64,000 nucleotides of DNA from Tubiluchus corallicola (lineage: Eukaryota > Animalia > Priapulida): NCBI GenBank assembly GCA_030141605.1, contig JAQGDQ010000442.1, forward strand, positions 131,706-195,705, given 5' to 3'. Below are positions 53,748 to 64,000 of the stretch, piece by piece; positions within the stretch are counted from its first letter, which is position 1, and every line of letters begins with the position of its first letter. The translations under genes were made by a program, and so were the position numbers. Below the pieces are notes generated by a model. The model saw nothing but the letters and a program-made list of their open reading frames with translations. It made no database searches and was not told the DNA's origin.

Positions 53748-54665
53748 TAAGTGATTACAAAATAGTTTAACCCAGTTTTAAGCGGTTACATAATAGTTTG
53801 ACCGCAGTTTTAAGTGATTACAAAATAGTTTAACCACAGTTTTAAGTGATTACATAATAGTTTAACCCAGTTGTAAGTGATTACAAAATAGTTTAAGCCA
53901 GTTTTAAGTGATTACAAAATAGTTTAACCGCAGTTTTAAGTGATTACAAAATATTTTAATCGTAGTTTTAATTGATTGCAAAATAGTTTAACCTAGTTTT
54001 AAGTGATTACACAATAGTTTAACCGCAGTTTTAGGTCATTACAAAATAGTTTAACCCAGTTTTAAGTGATTACAAAATAGTTTAACCACAGTTTTAAGTG
54101 ATTACACAATAGTTTAACCGCAGTTTTAAGTGATTACAAAATAGTTTAACCACAGTTTTAAGTGATTACACAATAGTTTAACCGCAGTTTTAAGTGATTA
54201 CAAAATAGTTTAACCACAGTTTTACGTGATTACACAATAGTTTAACCGCAGTTTTAAGTGATTACAAAATAGTTTAACCACAGTATTAAGTGATTACAAA
54301 ATAGTTTAACCGCAGTTTTAAGTGATTACAAAATAGTTTAACCCAGTTTTACGTGATTACACAATAGTTTAACACAGTTTTAAGTGATTACACAATAGTT
54401 TAACCCAGTTTTAAGTGATTACACAATAGTTTAACCGCAGTTTTAAGTGAATACAAAATAGTTTAACCCAGTTTTCAGTGATTACAAAATAGTTTAACCC
54501 AGTTTTAAATGATTACAAAATAGTTTAACTGCAGTTTTAAGTGATTACACAATAGTTTAACCCAGTTTTAAGTGATTACAAAACAGTTTAACCCAGTTTT
54601 AAGTGATTACAAAATAGTTTAACCACAGTTTTAAGTGATTACAAAATAGTTTAACCGCAGTTTTA
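53748..54665. repeat. 31-32-bp minisatellite, ~29 copies
   Basis: Unit CAGTTTTAAGTGATTACA(A/C)AATAGTTTAACC(G/A/-), between the convergent YIPF6 and fucosyltransferase 3' ends. Confidence 0.97.
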
Positions 54666-55073
54666 CACGAGGTAGGGATATTAAAAATATGCAATAATAA
54701 CTATATCAATTACTAATCTTATAATTCATAACACTTAGTTCTGAACTCTGGATTTTTTTACATGAATAACAGGGAATGGCATAAATTTTCTTTTCCCATA
54801 CCTTTCATCTTTTTCAAAATCTAGATTTGACAGACTTTGATTGTACATAGATTTACAGTCGTGCAGAAAAAAATTAAATTTGATGTTATTTTTTTAGTAA
54901 ATTTATATTATTTTTATAAAAGACGTTACAAACTATAGATTTCAGGCTATTAAATTACTGGCTATCTAATTACCGAATCTGCATGTTAGCTTTTTCGGTG
55001 CCCAATACTGAGTGTCACAAAATCTTTTGCGCACAGAACTACACCAAAAAGAGCAAAACAACAGACTTCTGAT

Positions 55074-56285
55074 TCAGGTTCTTCTGATGCAGTTGGCTTT
55101 GTTCACCCACCATTTCACTAAATCTGAGTGATACGTTACACTGGACGAATCAGAGTTCAGTCTTTCACAAAGATCACAGAAGGCGCTGTGATCTTCTATA
55201 ATATAGTTGTCTTTCCAGTCAAAATATTTTCTGTATATCTGATCATGTGAATTCAAATAATGAAGGTAGTTGGCCAGATGTTTTGGCGATGTGAAATCAT
55301 TCACATTTATGACAGAGTGCGGCGGTGTTATTTCTGTATAATTTGAACCACCCATTACAATTGGCACTATGTTGTATCGTAAAGTTCTGTACAGTTTTTC
55401 CGTAGCATAATCTCGGCAAACTGAATTTTCAAAAGCCAAATAGAACTTGTATTTTTCTTCCATCATGTGATAGCAGTTGTTATTACGACTGCAATTTAGT
55501 GGTCCACATTTTCCGTAAACATCCACATTAACGTGTTTTTTAAGTTCTTTTACATAATTCTCTCGCTGGCTTGATGTGTAGCAATTGCTTACAAGCCAAG
55601 CAACAAGTTTACTTTTTCCACGCAAGATTTGCTCTCTTTCTGCCATGTCTGTTAAGTCATCTGAGTCCCTTTTCGGACGCAGCCAGCCATGTCTGACTGC
55701 AAATTCTGAATCGAATCTGTAAGTCATAGTCCAGTGAAACATTGCTCGTATTGATTTTAAACGTTTAGCACCATCAGGCCCCAAATGAACAGGTGATTCA
55801 CGAAGGTAAAAAACCCATTTCTGCCCAGGTTTAGTGACATTTGGAATGGGCTCGAAAGGGTTTCTAAAGTGGACAATTACAGCATCAGCCTTGTCCAGCA
55901 ATGTTTTATTATTGGTGGTTACACAGTTTTTATACTTGTAGTTTTTTGTACAATATCTGACAAACGCTTCTGTGCCTAAACCAAAATTGAAATCCACGGT
56001 TTTAAAAAATTTGTTCCAGAAAAGAATGATTTTCTGCTTTCCTGATTTTACCCTGCTAATTTCTGAGTATCCAGAGTTCTTCACATTTTTTTTGTATGCA
56101 GACGTACCAATTCGTGCTTCATCATTGTATTTCACTAATCTGTCACTATAATAATATCTTTGACGGGTTTGAGTTTGCAGAACAATCACTAAATAAAATT
56201 TGTAGTATAGCATTAACATCGTCGTAATAGCAATCAATGCTGTTAAAACGAAACGTGGAATTGTGTTAAAATTCAGTTCCAACAT
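55074..56285 (-). CDS. Alpha-1,3/4-fucosyltransferase (GT10), 403 aa, intronless CDS
   Basis: Type II membrane anchor; KIILFW, ADAVIVH, FYLRESP, FHWTMTYRFDS, VAWLVSNC, VDVYGKCG and the GT10 signature YKFYLAFENSVCRDYATEKLY. Confidence 0.95.
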   Translation of the reverse strand: MLELNFNTIPRFVLTALIAITTMLMLYYKFYLVIVLQTQTRQRYYYSDRLVKYNDEARIGTSAYKKNVKNSGYSEISRVKSGKQKIILFWNKFFKTVDFNFGLGTEAFVRYCTKNYKYKNCVTTNNKTLLDKADAVIVHFRNPFEPIPNVTKPGQKWVFYLRESPVHLGPDGAKRLKSIRAMFHWTMTYRFDSEFAVRHGWLRPKRDSDDLTDMAEREQILRGKSKLVAWLVSNCYTSSQRENYVKELKKHVNVDVYGKCGPLNCSRNNNCYHMMEEKYKFYLAFENSVCRDYATEKLYRTLRYNIVPIVMGGSNYTEITPPHSVINVNDFTSPKHLANYLHYLNSHDQIYRKYFDWKDNYIIEDHSAFCDLCERLNSDSSSVTYHSDLVKWWVNKANCIRRT

Positions 56286-56734
56286 CGTATAAAATAACTG
56301 CTTGTTCAGTGACTATTTTGTCGCTTTGAAAGTAAATTTAAAATTCACATAGAGTTATAATTCTAAGTTACTGCAACACTTCACTACCACCAGACAGACA
56401 AGGTTGTATATTGTTTTCTGCAGTTGTGGCCGAGGGTGAATCGAAACATTTTCACGTGCCTATTGTTTGAGGTCTCCGTTAATACAATGTCGTTGGAAAC
56501 AAGATCAATTAACATTCGCTATTATAGTCTCTAGACAGCAGGGTATTATGCTAGGGTATGGTATGATTAGAAGTCCTTTGCATACTACCGATTGAAGCTA
56601 AGCAACTGAAGCTGATCAACAAAGCCATGCAATCGAAAATGTTTCCTATTCCCATACACCCCTTATTACACTTCCAATACTCAACCTATTATTGAAGTAG
56701 AATCTCACAAACATATTACTGTTTTGTAAATGCG

Positions 56735-57705
56735 CATTGCTCTGACCATATTAATGAAATTATTAGTAAGGCCAAAAACAGACTCGATATCATACGCAGT
56801 TTTATGTACATTCTTGATTGAATGTCTCTAAATACTTGAGTTTCATTTGACCTGTTCTTGAATATGCTTGCTGCGTTTGGCACAACTGTAATGTGATGCA
56901 GTTAAATGAACTCGAGGATATTCAACTCGACGCAGCAAGAATAATAAAGCATGCTATTCCTTGTACCGGTCACCTTCGTTTATATTGTAACTGATTCGGG
57001 TCCTTTCCAGGCACCGGTCCGTCTCCTCAGAATGTATAGAGCGGCATACAAGTTATGAAATACTTTACAGCAGACGAGAAAAGTAAAATGAATACGAATG
57101 TAAAATAAACTTTAATGCACAACCAGTAGCTCCATGACATGTGAACAGACTTTTGCATAAAAATCAGCAAACATACAGCATTCACCCTTACAGACAGAAA
57201 GGCCAGGTTGGAATCGTCAAATTACAGCATGCGTTCTGTTTTATACAGGTACATTTGCATTACTGGGCTTCTCAACCATACCCATTACTAACATTAGGGG
57301 GTTGGTCATAATCTGCCTTCGTAACAATATTATGAGTTGTGATTGCTTTTTCTATGCAACAAACGCATGCGGTATAAACTTAAACAATTATGCAAAATGT
57401 TCAGCGGCCATGCTCCTTCATACCTAGAAAATTTGTTACCACACAAAGTTGGAATGATCACAGGGAATCATGCACGTTGCAATAGAACTAGTCTTTGCCG
57501 TTGCATACAAGTGCAACAACCCAAGCCTGGAACAGTTTGCCCTATGATATTAGAAATGCCACTTCGCTTACTCAATTTAAACATAAGCTGGACAACTTAG
57601 ATGAGTTTGATAAAGTTAATAAGCCATCACCTCATTTTGCTCACCGGTGCTAGGTTTGGGCAGATTTGTATGGCACGGATGAGAATAAATTGCAGTTTAT
57701 TAAAA
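56735..57705 (+). mobile_element. Decayed CR1/L2-type LINE ORF2 3' remnant with a ~350-bp internal insertion (~56987-57340)
   Basis: Fragments DHINEIISKAKNRLDIIR, PVLEYACCVWHNC, LEDIQLDAARII, KMFSGHAPSYLENLLP and AWNSLPYDIRNATSLTQFK, with stops and frameshifts. Confidence 0.78.
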
Positions 57706-58278
57706 GCACTCGTTCTAATTTCATTGATATTTTTTCTGTTTATGCATGCAAGATAATTGTTACTGTGTTATAAAATAAATAGCACCAAATATAAACGATT
57801 CAATAATGTGACCTTTGCAGGACTAAGAAACATAAAAATCATGCAGGTTGTTTATCTAGGCCAAGATAATTATCTAGGCCACCTGTTGTCTCTCACGAAA
57901 ATAATCACATATTTGTCTTTACGAAGCATTAGCAGTTTATTAGAGCAGCTTTGTGTCCATTTTCTTTTGCGCTATGCGGATTATTAACACGTAATCTTCT
58001 AGGGATTGTTTAATTGTTTAATTGTAAAAATTGTTTTATCATAACAAATGGCTGTGTCGGCCTACAAATTTACAAATTTTCTAATTTATTTAGCGTGTAG
58101 TTAGAAAAAATAAAATGTTCCCATCTGCAAATAAGTAACCGTTGTATTTTACCATGTAATTTCAAGCCACCAATTTCACGTTAATATTTACGTGCAAATT
58201 ATAGAGAATTAGTGAGGTTAATAAAGAATTATTGCAGGATAATATTAATAACAGTTCTTCTTCTTCTTCTTCTTCTCA

Positions 58279-58309
58279 TTATTATTATTATGATTATGAT
58301 TATTATTAC

Positions 58310-58389
<80 letters not shown>
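58279..58389. repeat. (ATT)n microsatellite
   Basis: Read directly. Confidence 0.97.
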
Positions 58390-58775
58390 GCCGTCATTTT
58401 ATGGTACATTGATTTCACAAATTAATTCCTGTGTCTAAGCTTTTCATATATGAAACTAATTTGTAGCAATATGCGGTTTTATAATAAATGTGCAATGACA
58501 ATTAAAATCAAGATTTCTAAAAAAACAGCAACAAGAACTGATTTAATAAGCAGAAAGCATAAGTTTATTTACCAAAATATTACAGAAAAGGAAACTAAAA
58601 TCGAGAGTAGAAGTTAAGGTACTCCAAGAATAAAGTAGTTAACATTTTTTTGATAGAAACAGGAAAGATATGACGAAGAACATGATCGTAACAGGTTTCG
58701 CCATCTGTCGGGTGTTACTGACAATTATACGCGGGCTACTCCCGTTACAACTTCAAACATCTTGCAAGAAGCTGT

Positions 58776-60128
58776 TTAGATCTTGCCCTTGTACTTGAAG
58801 TCAGTGCCCTTGATGTGCCTGACGAGCCTGAAAAAAAGAAGAAGATTACTGACTGCTAGCAATGACGAAAACAATCTTTCGCAATTTTTACTAGATCGTC
58901 AAGCAAAGTTTTCTGATGGCTCACTTTATGTGTTGAGATAAAACAGATACCAGTCCAAAAACATAAATATAGGTCAAGATAAACAAACTCTTGCAACTAC
59001 TGCGCATGCGACAAGTGATATCTACATCTTGTAACAAGTGAAGTTGTAGTTAATACAACAAGTAAATAATTTTCAGGTAAAGAATTCCGCAAACAAGAAG
59101 CTCGAAGGAAAACTTATATGAGAAGTGGAGGAATACAATCAAACTATCGCCTTTTAGGAACCAATTACGTGAGGTCACATAGCCTGACAATTGAACTAAA
59201 ACGCTGTACTGAAAAGAATTGTAAATCTTACCAGTCCTTTGCGTAGTCAATCTCTTCCTGGTCGACAGGGGTGCTCACGAGCCTCAGCCTGGCCAAGAAA
59301 GCTTCGTGCTGGGTCTTGTGGGGGGTGTAGTCAGCGAAGTTGGACTTCAGCATCATAGCCTAAAACATCAAATTTCAAATTGAAATGTTTGAAAGTTAGA
59401 TAATAAAATTAAAAGAAATATATAATGCAACAAAGTTAAAATAGTTAGATTAACCGTTAGAAACCAGTTCATTGCCAGAGAAGATATATAAGAAACTGAA
59501 GAAAATGCTGATTAAAACAACGAGTGGGGAATTAATTTGACAGATTATGACAAAAGCTATGAAAATTTTTATTAGTCAATGAATTCAGTTTTTTCATAAT
59601 TGAAAATTAAAAATTAAAATTAACGGCTTGAAAATTAAAATTTGTTAAAATATGCAAGTGTTTCCATGGTCTTACCTCCTCATGGGCGAAGTGAAGTTCG
59701 CAGACCCTGTACAAATCCTTGATGAAGACATTGCTGTTCCTGTCGCGGGACATGTTGAAGATGCCGTTGAAGAGGAGCTTGTGCTCATCATCAATGCGCT
59801 CATACTGAAACCAAATAAATACATAAATACCAAAAACAAGAACAACATGAGACAGCAAATGAACTGCAGAGAAAGCGTAAGAAAAATACTGTTTTTAGGA
59901 ATCAGTGTTGGTTAACAGAACTGTACAGTAAACAAAATAGAATCGAACATTTATACTCTGCAGAATTTTTTCGTCAAAACGCAAAAGATAACCGAATACA
60001 AATCATGCTAACATACGCAGAATTTAGTATCAAAAACTTGGAAGTTCAGTTCAGAAATTTGTTGAATTACTTACGAAAGTCCTGAAGGACTCGTCCCAAA
60101 CGAATGGTTCTGGAATGGAGAAAGGCAT
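58776..60128 (-). CDS. Myohemerythrin (non-heme di-iron O2-binding protein), 120 aa
   Basis: Exons 60128-60075, 59804-59676, 59359-59232, 58827-58776 give [120 protein letters not shown]. All seven iron ligands are present (H, HxxxE, HxxxH, HxxxxD), and the long loop before the last helix marks the myo-type. Minus-strand AATAAA at 58569-58564. Confidence 0.97.
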
Positions 60129-60220
60129 TTTGCTTGACTTCTGGAATCTGTACCGGAGTCTTCGAGCTGACTGAAACTTTTAGAGCAAATACTCTGTGCC
60201 GAATGAGGGAAACGGCCTCC

Positions 60221-60373
60221 TTTTATACAATTTCATAAGAGTTGCACTGGCACACGTTACGTGCACATTTTAGCGTTATGAGTTCACCTCTTGCACCATA
60301 GAGCGGCCCGGGCAACGAAAAAAATCATGGGATGATTAGGTCTTCAATCACGCCACCAACTACGTGCTACGTG
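60221..60373 (-). promoter_or_regulatory. Myohemerythrin promoter: TATA box and clustered RCGTG (HRE-like) motifs
   Basis: TATAAAA at 60227-60221 (-). ACGTG cores at 60253-60257 (-) and TACGTG at 60258-60263, 60361-60366 and 60368-60373 (+). Confidence 0.65.
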
Positions 60374-60562
60374 GCCTACCAAACGTAGTTTTTTGCTCTT
60401 AAATTTTTCTAAAGTAAAATTCTGCTAGATGTACTTATTGCTAATAGTTATGCAGTTGAACAACTATTAGTTGAGTCATTAATTACTTCTGAGGAGCATT
60501 AAATAAAATTGTTAAATAAAAAGCTGTAGATCTCACAAACTGGAAACATGTTAAAGTTAAGC

Positions 60563-61503
60563 CTTTCAAAAACAAGAACGAAAGATTTCAGTTTTATATT
60601 AAAGAAACAAAAAACAAACGATTTCAGTTTTGTTTTTAAAAAGCAAGAGCAAAAGATTTCAGTTTAGTTTTTAAAATGCAGGATCAAAAGATTTCAGTTT
60701 AGTATTCAAAATGCAGGAGTAACAGTTTCAATATAGTATTCAAAAAGCAAGAACGAAAAATTCAGTTTCGACTTCAAAAAGCATGAGCAAAAGATTTCAG
60801 TTTAGTATTAAAAAGGCGAGCAACAGATTTCAAATTAGAATTCAAAAAGTATGAGCCAAAGATTTCATTTTAGTATTCAAAATGCAAGAGAGAAAAATTT
60901 CAGTTTAGTATTCGAAAAACAAGGGAAAAGATTTCAGTTTGGCATTCAAAAAGCATCAGCAAAGGTTCGTATTTAGTATTCAAATAGTAAGAACAAAAGA
61001 ATTCAGTTTAGTTTTCAAAAAGCAAGAACGAAAGATTTCAATTTAGTATTCAAAAAGCAAGAGCAAATGATTTCAATTTGGTATTCAAAAAACAAGAGGG
61101 AAAGATCTCAGTTTAATATTCAAAATTAAAGAGAGAAAGATTTCAGTTTGACTTTCAAAAAGCATCAGCAAAGGTTCGTATTTAGTATTCAAATAGTAAG
61201 AACAAAAGATTTCAGTTTAGTTTTCAAAAAGCAAGAGCGAATGATTTCAATTTGGTATTCAAAAAAACAAGAACAAAAGATTTCAGTTTAGTACTCAAAA
61301 AGCAAGAGCGAAAGATTTCAGTTTAGTATTCAAAAAGCAAGAGTGAAAGATTTGAGTTTAGTATTCCGAATACAAGGATAAAGATTTCAGTTTGGCATTC
61401 AAAAAGCATCACCAAAGGTTTGAATTTACCAGTTAAGTAGTAAGAACAAAAGAATTCAGTGTAGTTTTCAAAATGCAAAAGTAAAAAATTTCAGTTTAGT
61501 TTT
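60563..61503. repeat. Degenerate 35-bp minisatellite, ~26 copies
   Basis: Unit approximately AAAGATTTCAGTTTAGTATTCAAAAAGCAAGAGCA. Confidence 0.93.
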
Positions 61504-62098
61504 CTAAAATAAAAAACACAAAAAGACAACATTGATTTGCCGTATCTCATTAACAGACAACATTAGCACTGAGCGACTTATGGCTTTAATAGGGACATCA
61601 ATACAGGTAGGGACACTACAGTCAAACATGTGAGGTATATGCCCTGCCCTGGCGTTAGCATCTGTGGCCGGATTAATGTACTGCACTTACGACAGTTCGT
61701 TGTCTCAAGTGGGGTTTAGCCGCGCGGAGATATTTGCATCGAATTCTTGTAGACGTCTTATCTCCTTAGTCGCGTACAAGAGATCTGCGTGTTTACATTT
61801 GTCATCAGGGGAGTGAGATCGTGTAATTCGTTCTGTGCCGACCCCTTTGTAACTAATTTATAGTTTATTCAAGTAGATTTACTAGCTGTTATCATTCATT
61901 TGCTTTCATACTTATGTATGGGTAAGTCAGTTCATATAGATTAAAGTTTGCGTTGTTAAATTGTAGACGTTGTATTAGAAGCGAGTAAGTGGACCGGCGT
62001 TTGTAAAACACAGCGGCTACCAACATTGCCTGTTGTTGCTGATTCATTCAGTCTTATTATCATTTTGTGAGTTACAGCTCTCGTGATTTGCTAAAGCT

Positions 62099-62612
<514 letters not shown>

Positions 62613-63524
62613 ATTCAGTATCTTTAGTTTATTTTACTGTTATCACTTAGACTTGGAAAATATAACGTAAGACAATGCACTAAAGCTATGACGCGTACAT
62701 GATTCTGGGAACAAGTTTAGAATTCAAGACTGCAGCCACTATGTGTGTCTACAATCTGTAGATTACATCATCCGGACATCAAACGTGATCATTTTTGACA
62801 CTCTAGAATATGAACAACTGCCTGAACGCATAGTGTCGCTGCAGTCACAGGGCGACATAGTGGGCCACAATCCCAAGTTGGACTTAAATCCGAGTCACCG
62901 CGAGTACTCGACTAACTTTTTTGTTTTTTGTACTTTAACGCCCGATGTCTTGACCGTCGAGTTTATCCACAATTGAGCTGTCTTATATCAGTCTTTAGAA
63001 AGAAAATAGGTGATAAATTCAGAAAAAAGCTGAAGCTGTTTGTTTTTCAAAAGTCAGTTTTATCACTTATTTAATATCTCAAAACTATCATGCATTGTGT
63101 TCGTGTAATCATCTAATTCGCTTATCAAAATTATTTGCCGCCGCAGGTGAAGTGTTAAAAGAGTTGAGAAAGTTAAAAAATATGGAAAGCAAAAAACCAT
63201 CCAGACAACGCAGACCGCAGGATATTATTTAGACATTCCAAGGAAGTTTCCAGCGAAACTTAATGTAACTTCCTTTAGTTCAACACGTACGTGTGAAAAT
63301 ACACAAACGATTTGACTCTTTCAACTTTTAAACTTGCAGAAACTGCTTTTCAGCTTTTTTAAATTTCACAAATAGGCAAGTTCTATTCATGTATTAGAAC
63401 TTCATTAAGTCATGGAAATGTGCATAGATGAAAGAAAATGGTAAATGTGCTAATAGGAAAATATTTTACTGTTCAAGTAAAAGGTTTTGTATTTATAATA
63501 ATTATTATGTTGGATAATAAGTCA

Positions 63525-64000
<476 letters not shown>

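Noticed and set aside
56985-57040. Hammerhead-like CTGAGGA...CGAA on the minus strand, at the edge of the insertion in the LINE remnant
   Set aside because: The core reads GAAT rather than GAAA and stem II does not close properly; at best a dead Penelope-type relic.
60129-60206. Iron-responsive element in the myohemerythrin 5' UTR (CAGAGT)
   Set aside because: The flanks do not form the required 5-bp upper stem with a bulged C.
61540-62025. Possible solo LTR (GC-richer, ATTAAA near the end, terminal CA)
   Set aside because: No matching TG start with a clean 4-6-bp TSD could be fixed.

Overview
AT-rich, intron-rich animal DNA, most likely a lophotrochozoan invertebrate (inferred from a spliced myohemerythrin gene). 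I assembled eight protein-coding loci by hand from GT-AG junctions and reading-frame continuity: the 3' half of an amidase (+); two head-to-head retinol saturase-like (RETSAT) paralogues of 12 exons each (- and +); OXNAD1 (+); the KEOPS subunit PCC1/LAGE3 (-, absent from the ORF track); intronless YIPF6 (+); an intronless GT10 fucosyltransferase (-); and a 4-exon myohemerythrin (-). Introns and intergenic DNA hold many hAT, piggyBac-like and Tc1/mariner-like MITEs, LINE remnants and satellites. The most notable object is an apparently intact ~545-bp SINE in a RETSAT intron. It has a 5S rRNA head, an RTE-derived body, an (AAC)n tail, a perfect 12-bp target-site duplication and no internal Pol III terminator. 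Also notable are a tight cluster of hypoxia-response-element cores upstream of the myohemerythrin TATA box and reciprocal intron differences between the two RETSAT paralogues. Family assignments come from remembered motifs, not database searches.
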